Source of the DNA: a virus
Taxonomy: Duplodnaviria; Caudoviricetes
Length of the DNA stretch: 64,000 nt
Reading direction: 5' to 3' (one strand)
Virus record (IMG/VR): IMGVR_UViG_3300029286_000011
Shown: one piece after another, positions 47,151-56,044 of the stretch
Numbering within the stretch: position 1 is the first letter of the stretch
Layout: each line of letters begins with the position of its first letter
The notes under the pieces: model-generated
What the model was told of the DNA's origin: nothing
What the model saw: only the letters and a program-made list of their open reading frames with translations
The model's database searches: none
Program-made: the position numbers and the translations under genes

Positions 47151-50100
47151 ATGAGTCTCGCACTAACTACTGACACCAACATCAAGCCGGCTGATTTTGA
47201 CATGTTGATGGATACGTGGAGCCGGCACATGGCCGGGCGTAATCTATACAACCTATCGCCGTTGCTGCCAATGATGTTGAATCTCAGCGGCGAACCCTTG
47301 ACCCTCCAAGATCACTATCCGTTTGAACCTCTCTTCGCTACGCATCTGCCCAAGAAGACCACCGTCATAGCCGGTCGTCAGGTGGGCAAGACACAGTCGT
47401 TGTCCGCACAGGGTGTCGTGCAGACCTGTAGTCTTCCGTATTTCAAAACGTTGTTCATATCGCCGCTGTACGAACACATACGGCGATTCTCTTCCAACTA
47501 CGTTCGTCCTCTGATCGACACGTCGCCGATCCGTCACATGTTTATTGACGCCAGGACAACGTCCAATGTTTTGCAGCGGTCGTTCCTTAATCAGTCGCTT
47601 ATGTTCTTCTCGTATGCCTTCCTTTCTGTTGATCGTATACGTGGAATACCGGCCGATAAGAACACCTACGATGAATCGGCACGCGGCGATAATACATATG
47701 TCAGTACACCGTCCGGCCAGGTACTCATTCGCGACGTAGCTGTAGGCACTCCGATAAAAGCTTTCTCGGAAGATGGTCATTTGATATGGACCCATGTCAT
47801 AAAGAAGTGGTATGCTGGTCGTCGTCGCTGCTACCGACTTCTACTGACAAATGGGAGATTCGTCGATGCCACAGCAGAAAGCTGGGTGGGCACAGCCACC
47901 GGATGTTTTAGAGTTTCCTCGATCATCAAAGCTGTCGCCGACTCAGGCAGCCAAACAAGCAAAAATTGTCAGGCAGGCTGTACAGCGGAATCAGCTGAGT
48001 CAACTACAATGGCAGACAGTGCTCGGAACACTGCTAGGGGACGGACACATAGCGCTGAGAGGAAGCTACCACGCAGTACACGGGCCCAGCCAACAGGCAT
48101 ATCTCTGGCACAAGTACACAATATTGTCCGAGTTCGTTTACGGCGCACCTTCCAGATCGAAGAAGAGCAAACAAGGCTACTGGTCGGGAAGATTTTGGAC
48201 TGCCGAGGTTCCGGTTTTCAAGTGCTTGCGGAGCCTCTGGTATCCAAACGGAATCAAGACAGTGACACCAAGAGCTCTGGAGATGATCGACAAGGTAGGC
48301 TTTTTGCCGACCATTGCTTGGTGGCTGGCAGACGATGGGAGCCGCTCAGGTCGAGCGGATTCACCGACGCTGATTTTTTGTACCAACGGGTTCCAACACG
48401 ACGAGGTCAGTCTTTTGAGCGAATGGATGACGGATCATGGGTATCCATCGCATGTACTGACTCGGAACGTACCGGGTTACAGACAGTACCCGATGCTGTA
48501 TGTCGAGGCTTGGGCGGCTGTGAGACTCATGGAGGATCTACAGGCACTGACGCCGCCATGCATGCGATACAAGCTCCGCTGTACTGGGCGGAACGACATG
48601 GCGACCTGTATGTTTTGCGGGAAACGGTTCCGGTTACGGATGTTGCGCCGTCGGAACGACTTACCATGGTTCCCGAACTGCCCGGACTGTGTCATGGAAA
48701 AGAAACGATTCGAAAGGAAGCGTTTTGCTACAAGAAATCGAGAGAAAATACGGCAGCGTCGTCGCAGCTATTTCGAGCGAGTTCCGGAAGCTGCGGAACG
48801 CAATCGAATGTTGATTCGACAATGGATGAGGGCACATCCAGAGAAGCTAAGGCAATACAAAGAGACTTATCGAAAGAAGCAACGAACAATACAGACTACT
48901 GTGATGCCGCCGTGCACGGTATGCGGTTGTCGGACGACAATACTCAGCAAACATGCGCGCGTCGATCGAGTGGTCTGTCCCGGCAAGTGCTGGCAGGAAC
49001 ATGCAAGACGGAAAGCAAAGAAGCGCTATTATATTCGCATGGCGCAGAAACGACCGGAGCTTCAATCAAAATATCTAACGTTGGCGCAGCGGATAGACAG
49101 CTTGTACCTGTCGAACTGCTAGCAATTGTAGATGTAGGTCTACACGACGTATACGACGTCGAGACAACAACACCACACTCTGTGCTGTTAAATAGTTGTG
49201 CATGGGCAAACTGCCAGGACATTGATCCAGCCTTCATTCCGATTATTCGTGAGACCATCTCAGGCTCGAAGAAATATGGTCTTGAGCAATTTAGCGGAAC
49301 GCCCAAAACGCTGGATGGGCCGCTAGAAAATCTGTGGATAGACGGCTCCATGGCGGAATGGTGCATCAAATGTCGCGAGTGCGGCAAATGGAATATTCCG
49401 TCACTGGACCACGACCTGGACAAGATGATAGGCCCGCGAATCATCGAACGAGAGATAAGCGAACGAGCCCCGGCTGTGGTGTGCGCTAAGTGCAGCAAGC
49501 CGATATACCCTCGAACTGGTCGATGGATACATCGTGTAGAAGAGAAGAGACTAGAGCACGCCAGCTACCACATGCCACAAATCATTTTTCCGCTTCACTT
49601 CGCTAAGCCAAAGAAGTGGAACGAACTGCTGATGAAGCGTGAAGGACTCGGCAATACACCTCCACACGTCTTCTACAACGAAGTATGCGGCACAAGCTAT
49701 GACTACGGGGCCAAGCTTGTATCTGTAACTGATCTGAAGTCTGCCGCCACATTACACGCAAACACGATTGAAGAGGCTAAGCGTGTAATGAATCAATACA
49801 CAGTGCGCATGCTGGCTATAGACTGGGGTGGCGGTGGTCAGGACCAGATCAGTTACACGGTGTTTGCCGTGCTAGGTATGCGCCCTGGTGGAAAGATCGA
49901 CGTCATATACGGGCATCGTTCGCTGACGCCACATGCGCCATTCGTAGAAGCCGACATGGCGTTGAAGATAATGAGCGAGCTCAAGTGCTCATATGCTTGC
50001 CACGATTACACCGGCGCTGGTGACATGCGCGAAGAGATCATGGTGAAGGCAGGTCTGCCTGTCGACCGCAGCTTCCCTATCGCCTACATCAGAGCCACTG

Positions 50101-50519
50101 CCGGCCCAATGATGCGGCACATACCGTTCAACGAAAGCACAGAACAACGAGATCACTACAGGCTGTGCAAAGCACGATCATTCGAGCTTACGTGCGCATT
50201 GATCAAGTTGTGCTACATAAGATTCTTCAAGTACGACTTCCTCAATCCGTCACAGACAGGGCTGCTGCACGACTTCCTGTCCTTGGTGGTGGACGACGTG
50301 TCTAGCCGAACGGGTTCAGATATTCACACCATCATACGCAACGAGAAGGCCGGACCTGACGACTTTGCAAACGCCGTCAACATAGGCGTATGCTCGCTGT
50401 GCTATCGACGCAAGCAGTGGCCAAATGTTGCCGAGATGGCAAACATCAAGATCAGTGGCCACGCCCTGTCAGTCATGCATCCGACAAGCGTCAATTGGGA
50501 CGAGATGCCTCCGCTATGA
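47151..50519 (+). CDS. terL: Terminase large subunit with intein (about 610 aa after splicing)
   Basis: GGAGG RBS; AGRQVGKT Walker A; RIRGIPADKNTYDE|CQD Walker B split by the intein; FSGTPKT; WCIKC..C zinc motif; nuclease domain LAIDWGGG; PDDFANA. Confidence 0.9.
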   Translation: MSLALTTDTNIKPADFDMLMDTWSRHMAGRNLYNLSPLLPMMLNLSGEPLTLQDHYPFEPLFATHLPKKTTVIAGRQVGKTQSLSAQGVVQTCSLPYFKTLFISPLYEHIRRFSSNYVRPLIDTSPIRHMFIDARTTSNVLQRSFLNQSLMFFSYAFLSVDRIRGIPADKNTYDESARGDNTYVSTPSGQVLIRDVAVGTPIKAFSEDGHLIWTHVIKKWYAGRRRCYRLLLTNGRFVDATAESWVGTATGCFRVSSIIKAVADSGSQTSKNCQAGCTAESAESTTMADSARNTARGRTHSAERKLPRSTRAQPTGISLAQVHNIVRVRLRRTFQIEEEQTRLLVGKILDCRGSGFQVLAEPLVSKRNQDSDTKSSGDDRQGRLFADHCLVAGRRWEPLRSSGFTDADFLYQRVPTRRGQSFERMDDGSWVSIACTDSERTGLQTVPDAVCRGLGGCETHGGSTGTDAAMHAIQAPLYWAERHGDLYVLRETVPVTDVAPSERLTMVPELPGLCHGKETIRKEAFCYKKSRENTAASSQLFRASSGSCGTQSNVDSTMDEGTSREAKAIQRDLSKEATNNTDYCDAAVHGMRLSDDNTQQTCARRSSGLSRQVLAGTCKTESKEALLYSHGAETTGASIKISNVGAADRQLVPVELLAIVDVGLHDVYDVETTTPHSVLLNSCAWANCQDIDPAFIPIIRETISGSKKYGLEQFSGTPKTLDGPLENLWIDGSMAEWCIKCRECGKWNIPSLDHDLDKMIGPRIIEREISERAPAVVCAKCSKPIYPRTGRWIHRVEEKRLEHASYHMPQIIFPLHFAKPKKWNELLMKREGLGNTPPHVFYNEVCGTSYDYGAKLVSVTDLKSAATLHANTIEEAKRVMNQYTVRMLAIDWGGGGQDQISYTVFAVLGMRPGGKIDVIYGHRSLTPHAPFVEADMALKIMSELKCSYACHDYTGAGDMREEIMVKAGLPVDRSFPIAYIRATAGPMMRHIPFNESTEQRDHYRLCKARSFELTCALIKLCYIRFFKYDFLNPSQTGLLHDFLSLVVDDVSSRTGSDIHTIIRNEKAGPDDFANAVNIGVCSLCYRRKQWPNVAEMANIKISGHALSVMHPTSVNWDEMPPL
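47676..49211 (+). mobile_element. Intein (512 aa) in terL
   Basis: Block A SARGDNTYVSTPSG; block F VYDVET; terminal AN followed by +1 Cys; inserted right after the Walker B DE. Confidence 0.88.
47866..49122 (+). CDS. LAGLIDADG homing endonuclease in the +1 frame, nested in the intein
   Basis: LGTLLGDG and WWLADDGS motifs (LAGLIDADG_2-like); basic C-terminal extension with four CxxC-type motifs; GGAG 8 nt before the ATG at 47866 (ORF track start 47851). Confidence 0.88.
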   Translation: MPQQKAGWAQPPDVLEFPRSSKLSPTQAAKQAKIVRQAVQRNQLSQLQWQTVLGTLLGDGHIALRGSYHAVHGPSQQAYLWHKYTILSEFVYGAPSRSKKSKQGYWSGRFWTAEVPVFKCLRSLWYPNGIKTVTPRALEMIDKVGFLPTIAWWLADDGSRSGRADSPTLIFCTNGFQHDEVSLLSEWMTDHGYPSHVLTRNVPGYRQYPMLYVEAWAAVRLMEDLQALTPPCMRYKLRCTGRNDMATCMFCGKRFRLRMLRRRNDLPWFPNCPDCVMEKKRFERKRFATRNREKIRQRRRSYFERVPEAAERNRMLIRQWMRAHPEKLRQYKETYRKKQRTIQTTVMPPCTVCGCRTTILSKHARVDRVVCPGKCWQEHARRKAKKRYYIRMAQKRPELQSKYLTLAQRIDSLYLSNC

Positions 50520-53157
50520 GATTGCTCAGCCATCGTGAGCTGAAGCAGACATAGTTGTGACCTGCGTCGTGCAACCTACCCGCTCGGTCTAGCATGGTCG
50601 GTATCTGGTCGAACATGCGTGGGTCGATTGGTTCCTTACCTATGCAACGATTCCACGCGGCACGGGTAAGCTTTATAGATGGTGGCTTGCCTATTACGGC
50701 ACCGGACGGCTGCTTCAACAATGCGAGTTTGCTTGAGCGACTATAGCCCTCGGTAATCAAAGGCAGTTGTTTGTTGATGACAGCCTGAGCCACAATAGAG
50801 CCTATGACTGTTGCTTTGTCGGCAACAGACTCAGTGAGCACCCTATTCAAGCCTGCAGATAATGCAGTCGTATCCACGCCAGTGTTCACAAGGTAGCTGC
50901 GCAGGTCTTTAGCCAGCTCCTGATAACGACCAAGATAGCGGTCGTCCTCTCGTCTAAAGCTACGTCTGGCCAGATCTGCCAGGTAGTTCACCAACAGCGC
51001 CCGTGCGGCAGCTATGGCCGAAGCAGGCAGATCTATGCTGTTGTATTCAGTTATGGCGATCCATCTGTCTGTGAAGACACTGGCCAGCGCAGTCAACGGC
51101 CTACCAATCGTAATGCAGTTGTTCACTGTCCGACCAGTGTTGTGAATGAGCTTGCGAAGAACTGACGTGTTGTCAGCACTGCGCAAGTCCCGTATAGCCG
51201 GCCAGTTGTGAGGCCAGCTGGAAAGCTGCTTACCTGACACAGCCGGGCAGCCAAGCCCTGCTGCCAGCTCTATAGCTGCCCAGGATGATGGGCCGCATAT
51301 ACAGATGTTGCTTGGCGCATAGTTGTAGATCGGTGCCAGTATGTTGCGCAGCACGGCTAGCAACATTGCGTACACAAGCGGTCCACATGGCCGAGTCAAA
51401 GCATAAGCATCAGATGCTGTTAGTCCAGCAGGCTGACTAAAGTCCATACAGGGTGTGTTCTCATCGGGCAGGAAGTTTACAGCCTGTGTGGTGCCGGCCC
51501 TAGAGAGACAAAAAGTAGGGAACACAATGCCAGCCAGCTCGGAGTTCCAGCCGACTGTGTCATTGCCCCGCACGCAGACAGGATTACGAAGGCCAACAGC
51601 CATATGGAACAACTGATGGCTTAGTTGCGGGTGACATTGCGGTACACCCAGTCGCGCCTGAACAAGGCATTGTTGCATCCAGTCTAGTGTGTTGCCTGCG
51701 AGCAGTCTCTTGGGTGCGCAAAATGGTACTCGTTTTCCGTAATAGCCAATGTGTCCTGTGTAATACAGCTCCCCGGTGCTGGGCTTAGTTATCGCTTTGT
51801 CCAGCACCAGATCAGCATCGATCAACATCTCCTGAGCATGACCTGAGTGCAAACACCAGTAATCACCTGTTGCAGATATCAGCTGTCCTTTTCTGGTTCG
51901 GCCACTGCTGGTCACCCAGTAAGTTGTAGGTAGAGATCTAGCCGTACGTACAAGCCTGCTCTGAGCTATGACGATGTTCGGATCGACGCCAAACTTTGGC
52001 AGGTCGACCAGTAGTTCCTCTTGTTCGTCCACACCGACCTCACGGCAGTAAGTAGCTACTGCTTGTGCCCACGGGACAGCATTTCTCCGGCACGACAACA
52101 GAAAGTTATTGGGTTCCTGGTGTCGAAGAAACGTAGCCCTATCGTCAACCTGCTGGCTGATTATGATCTTCCCGTTACTCCTGGCAGCATGGGCTACGAT
52201 GTCGGCTGTCAGCCTGTTGCACCAGAATATGAGTGTTCTATTTGTGAACATCTGCCAGCTGTAGATAGGGTGCACAGCATGACCGCGCTGAGTATAGCCG
52301 GTGTCACATAGGATCAGTGGCAGTCCTCGCGCTGACTGCTCAAGCTGTCTGATGTGCAGAGGCATTCCGTCTACGATACTGTTGATAACGACAGCACTTT
52401 TGTCCCAGTCCAATGAGCTACGACGTATGTCGGGGCAGAAGTGCAGGCCTGACTCCGTAGATGACGCCACAGACGATAGCGTGCTATGCCACACGTAATC
52501 CTTGCTGCTGGCGTCACGACCAATGAACAGAAATCGGCATATCCTGCCGGGCAAGTCGTACATAGGCAGAACAAGTACTGAGGACCAGTTGGTACCGGGC
52601 AGTACGTTGCTTTGTCGTTTATTCGTGGCTGCGCCGTCGGATCTCTCCAGCATGTTGCGCAGGTAATCTGCGTCCACATGACCCACAAGCTGGCTCAAGC
52701 CCTGATCGGCCCATGACGCCGGCAGTTCACTGCGCCAGGACAGCTTATGTATCAAGTCAGAAAGGCCTGTGTTATGATGAATGAGGCCTAATTTGGCGTG
52801 CTGCCATAGCTCGGCAGTCATTGTCTGGTTGGCTACAACATGTTGCTTGTGCGCAGCTAGAAACGATCGATGTGTAGGCAGCGCATGGCCTTGTTCGTTC
52901 AAACGCGTGATAACAGACTCGACGTCAAGCTGCCAGGCCGCACTTGCCAGTTGCAACATATCGCCAGCAAATGCACAATGACGGCAATAAGCCCACTGCC
53001 AATTGAATGGCCTGCTGTCAAAGATTTCCAGGCGACCTTGCCTACACACAGGACATTCTGCGGTAGTCGGAAGCGATGCTGCAGTGGGCCTAACGCCCAG
53101 CCCAGCCAGTACCTTAACCCAGGACACCGCTTCTAAAAACGAGCGGAGGGATACCAT
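50491..53157 (-). CDS. Large hypothetical protein with N-terminal primase-type zinc finger
   Basis: CPVC...CRHC.FAGDML at the N-terminus; degenerate P-loop-like ICICGPSS in the C-terminal part. Confidence 0.55.
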   Translation of the reverse strand: MVSLRSFLEAVSWVKVLAGLGVRPTAASLPTTAECPVCRQGRLEIFDSRPFNWQWAYCRHCAFAGDMLQLASAAWQLDVESVITRLNEQGHALPTHRSFLAAHKQHVVANQTMTAELWQHAKLGLIHHNTGLSDLIHKLSWRSELPASWADQGLSQLVGHVDADYLRNMLERSDGAATNKRQSNVLPGTNWSSVLVLPMYDLPGRICRFLFIGRDASSKDYVWHSTLSSVASSTESGLHFCPDIRRSSLDWDKSAVVINSIVDGMPLHIRQLEQSARGLPLILCDTGYTQRGHAVHPIYSWQMFTNRTLIFWCNRLTADIVAHAARSNGKIIISQQVDDRATFLRHQEPNNFLLSCRRNAVPWAQAVATYCREVGVDEQEELLVDLPKFGVDPNIVIAQSRLVRTARSLPTTYWVTSSGRTRKGQLISATGDYWCLHSGHAQEMLIDADLVLDKAITKPSTGELYYTGHIGYYGKRVPFCAPKRLLAGNTLDWMQQCLVQARLGVPQCHPQLSHQLFHMAVGLRNPVCVRGNDTVGWNSELAGIVFPTFCLSRAGTTQAVNFLPDENTPCMDFSQPAGLTASDAYALTRPCGPLVYAMLLAVLRNILAPIYNYAPSNICICGPSSWAAIELAAGLGCPAVSGKQLSSWPHNWPAIRDLRSADNTSVLRKLIHNTGRTVNNCITIGRPLTALASVFTDRWIAITEYNSIDLPASAIAAARALLVNYLADLARRSFRREDDRYLGRYQELAKDLRSYLVNTGVDTTALSAGLNRVLTESVADKATVIGSIVAQAVINKQLPLITEGYSRSSKLALLKQPSGAVIGKPPSIKLTRAAWNRCIGKEPIDPRMFDQIPTMLDRAGRLHDAGHNYVCFSSRWLSNLIAEASRPN

Positions 53158-54355
53158 GACTCAAATCCTCGATTCAGCGATGGACACAGGTCTTCACGAG
53201 CTCCACAAGATCGCCAAGCTATACGATCTTCCGGACTATGTGAAGGAAGCTAGTGCCGAAGAAACCATGTTCGGAGACGATTTGCCTCCCGCAGCCTATG
53301 CCGATCCAGCCAACAAGCGCTTTCGTTGCCACAACAAAGCGGCCACGATGCTGAACTACCTGTACTTTATCGAACAGCGTATCGACATGCCTACAAAGAC
53401 AGCTAACTGGATTCAGCAGCGCTTTGAGGGGGCTGGTCGTTACTTCGGCATTCTAGGCGACATGAATGACGCGGCGATTCGTTATTCGTCTCGTGTCAAA
53501 ACGGCAGAAGACGAGCTTTCCGATTCTTCCTTCGCCATTGTATGGGTCGGTGACGATCACCGTAAATACCGTCGGTATCGTATGACCAATACGTTGGAAG
53601 TGAAGAAGGCTGCCGACTGGTTGATCTCCAATCGAGCCAGCTTTGTCTTTGAGCATCGTCACAAGATCGCGTCCAAGATCCTTGAGAAGATGGCCGAATA
53701 CGGCGCTGGTCTCAGTGATGATACGCTGGAAGTGCTTGATCGGATGGCCGGACACGGCATGTACGATCCAAAAGAAGCTGCTGCAGCTATTAGGCAGCGC
53801 CTGCTACTGACCTCAAAAGTTGCCGAGGACACACGCCAAGGCATGCTCAAGCTTGCTGACACTATCGAGTCACAAGCATCGCTGGCTTTGGATGCCTCCA
53901 CGGTTAAGGCCGCTGCCGAGACTGTTGACCAGTTCGACCAGACCTACAAGATCGCCGGCAGATACTCCGACACAGTGCCTATGCCGGAAGACATCTTCTG
54001 CAAGATAACCTTCCGAGCTGCCAAGCAGCTGTCGAAGGACGCCTGTCAGTTGGTTACTGGTACGATCTACAATCGTGACCAGCTGGCCAAGTTGGCTCTC
54101 AGCGATGTGCAGGATCTGCTCGGAGATGCTGCGAAAGAAGTTATCGATGGTTTGGTTGTCTGCGGCGACAAGATGGCGGAAGTAGCTGCCACCTTGCCCA
54201 GACCTGAAGCTCGCAAGCTTGAGATGTTGCTTGAAGAGGCAGGGCAGCAGCCCATATTCAAGACTGCCGATGCCAGGCAGCTGACCGACGAAGCCCGACG
54301 TGAACTATCGCTTGTGTACCACTGCTTGGCCAATATGCCCAAAGGACACAGCTAG
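53156..54355 (+). CDS. Hypothetical protein rich in KxA motifs (possible head-associated protein)
   Basis: MTQILD start with GGAGG RBS; VKTA, KKAA, KIAS, KLAD, FKTA motifs. Confidence 0.7.
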   Translation: MTQILDSAMDTGLHELHKIAKLYDLPDYVKEASAEETMFGDDLPPAAYADPANKRFRCHNKAATMLNYLYFIEQRIDMPTKTANWIQQRFEGAGRYFGILGDMNDAAIRYSSRVKTAEDELSDSSFAIVWVGDDHRKYRRYRMTNTLEVKKAADWLISNRASFVFEHRHKIASKILEKMAEYGAGLSDDTLEVLDRMAGHGMYDPKEAAAAIRQRLLLTSKVAEDTRQGMLKLADTIESQASLALDASTVKAAAETVDQFDQTYKIAGRYSDTVPMPEDIFCKITFRAAKQLSKDACQLVTGTIYNRDQLAKLALSDVQDLLGDAAKEVIDGLVVCGDKMAEVAATLPRPEARKLEMLLEEAGQQPIFKTADARQLTDEARRELSLVYHCLANMPKGHS

Positions 54356-54379
54356 TACTCACAGTCGGTTACTTGTTAG

Positions 54380-54407
54380 AGGGCCGTAGGCTAAAACCTG
54401 CGGCCCT
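54380..54407. terminator. Hairpin between convergent genes
   Basis: AGGGCCGTAGG-CTAAAA-CCTGCGGCCCT. Confidence 0.65.
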
Positions 54408-54410
54408 TAT

Positions 54411-54830
54411 CTATTCACTGTCATCACAATCCAATCTAACAAGCGGCCTGGGCAATGACTTGAGCACATTGTTGATGGGTCCACCCAGCGCAGCTGTAGC
54501 CTCGGCTGTGTCTATGCCAAGTGCAGTTAGGGTTTGTATGATGCGTCGCATGTACATAACAGCCTGCTGCAAATAGCTGGCCTGGAAGGCAAGCTTTGTA
54601 TCGTCGGGCAAAGTGCCCCATAGCTTGGAAATGTTCGCCCTGGCGGCGTTCAATTTCTTATGCGGGATGCTCACATACAGCCATGAGCCCCTAGGTACAC
54701 AGGTGAATATTGTCTTATCCAGCTTATCGACAAAGCCTGGATCTCTGTGGGCCGCTTCATTGATCAGGGTTTCAATCTGATCAACACCGACCCAGAATGT
54801 GAAGGGTAGTACGCCGAACTGTATAGTCAT
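54411..54830 (-). CDS. Hypothetical protein
   Basis: 139-aa ORF. Confidence 0.5.
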   Translation of the reverse strand: MTIQFGVLPFTFWVGVDQIETLINEAAHRDPGFVDKLDKTIFTCVPRGSWLYVSIPHKKLNAARANISKLWGTLPDDTKLAFQASYLQQAVMYMRRIIQTLTALGIDTAEATAALGGPINNVLKSLPRPLVRLDCDDSE

Positions 54831-54831
54831 G

Positions 54832-54859
54832 AAACGAAAACAGCCCTGTTCGGGCTGTT
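54832..54859 (-). terminator. Probable intrinsic terminator
   Basis: AACAGCCC-TGTTC-GGGCTGTT plus TTTCGTTTC on the minus strand. Confidence 0.6.
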
Positions 54860-54874
54860 CCTTGAGGTTGAATT

Positions 54875-54890
54875 TAATTAGCGCTAATTA
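54875..54890. promoter_or_regulatory. Palindrome copy 6 (flanks inverted relative to copies 1 and 3)
   Basis: AATT-TAATTAGCGCTAATTA-CATCTCA. Confidence 0.75.
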
Positions 54891-54894
54891 CATC

Positions 54895-55578
54895 TCAGAT
54901 CGAACCAGCCACTCTGGCCAGTAGATCCTTAGTCGAGCCGTGCTCCAGCTTGAGGCTAGATAGCTGGCCTAGCAGAGCCTGCAGCTGTTCCTGTAGCGCG
55001 TCGACTATGTCTTGCGACGCTTCCTGCTGTCGCTGGTAAGTGGCTGCGAACTGCTCCGGATCGTCAGTGGCCATTGAACCAAAGTTAGCAGGCGGCAGCC
55101 CGGCTATACGAAGCACGTCAGGTGGGGTCAGAATACCCTCCTGCTTGAGGACTTCGCCTATGTAGGCGCAGATCTCTTCTGAGAATGGCGAGTCTTCTTC
55201 AGGCGGTTCAAGTAGATAGGCTTCGGTAATGCCCCAGGCACACTCCGCTGCGTCGGCAGGATCGAACTCACCAGGCATCGCGTCACTGCCGCTCAATATG
55301 TTGCAGTAAGTGATAAAGAAGCTAATTCGCTTGTAGAAGTCGTCAGTGGTCAGCAGGGCGATTCCAGTCATGATGCGATCAAGCATCCTAGATGAGATCT
55401 TTATGCCTAGGTCGTCCTGCAGCTCGGCGACTATTGTCTCCGGGGTCCAACTCAGAGCATCTGGCTGTGACCAGTCCTCAATGTACATGTCTGTGAACAC
55501 CAGCAGCGCTGTGGTGACGAATGTGGCATCATCCGTCATAATTTTCCTGCGCACTGCCGTCAATGAGGCTGGGTTCAT
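54895..55578 (-). CDS. Hypothetical protein
   Basis: 227-aa ORF. Confidence 0.65.
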   Translation of the reverse strand: MNPASLTAVRRKIMTDDATFVTTALLVFTDMYIEDWSQPDALSWTPETIVAELQDDLGIKISSRMLDRIMTGIALLTTDDFYKRISFFITYCNILSGSDAMPGEFDPADAAECAWGITEAYLLEPPEEDSPFSEEICAYIGEVLKQEGILTPPDVLRIAGLPPANFGSMATDDPEQFAATYQRQQEASQDIVDALQEQLQALLGQLSSLKLEHGSTKDLLARVAGSI

Positions 55579-56044
55579 TTTTAGCTCCAGTTGGATACTT
55601 GTTCTTCACTAGCTCTCGAACACGCCAAACCAGAGCAGTAATATTGACAGTTAGCTTCGTCACGAAGTCAATATTCTGCGCATGGATGTGCCTGCCGGTA
55701 CTAAGATCAATCATGACGTCATGTTTGCCGCAGCGCAACTCAACAAATCGTCGATCATAGACATCGACGAACATGTGCGGCAAGGTACTACCAGTGGCGT
55801 CGGGGCAGCTGTACAGCGCCTGTATGTCCGGCAGCAGCAAGTACTGTTCAGCCGCAGGTAGCGACAGTTGTCGGGCCAGATTAGCCACAGTAGCCACCGC
55901 TGCCAACACACTGAGCGTCACTTCAGTTGTGCCGGTGTAGACACCGACGATATTCACTAGCCTACCGTAAGACAGCATCCTGATGTACTCAAACTCAGGA
56001 ATGCCGAGTACAGAAACAAGTTGTTGGTTTGTGATTGCTGACAT
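55529..56044 (-). CDS. Hypothetical protein
   Basis: 171-aa ORF. Confidence 0.5.
   Translation of the reverse strand: MSAITNQQLVSVLGIPEFEYIRMLSYGRLVNIVGVYTGTTEVTLSVLAAVATVANLARQLSLPAAEQYLLLPDIQALYSCPDATGSTLPHMFVDVYDRRFVELRCGKHDVMIDLSTGRHIHAQNIDFVTKLTVNITALVWRVRELVKNKYPTGAKNEPSLIDGSAQENYDG

Noticed and set aside
47851-49122. Explaining the out-of-frame nuclease as a simple assembly frameshift
   Set aside because: Both frames are stop-free across the whole overlap and the nuclease has its own RBS and stop; an error would not keep the second frame open. Read-level confirmation is still needed.
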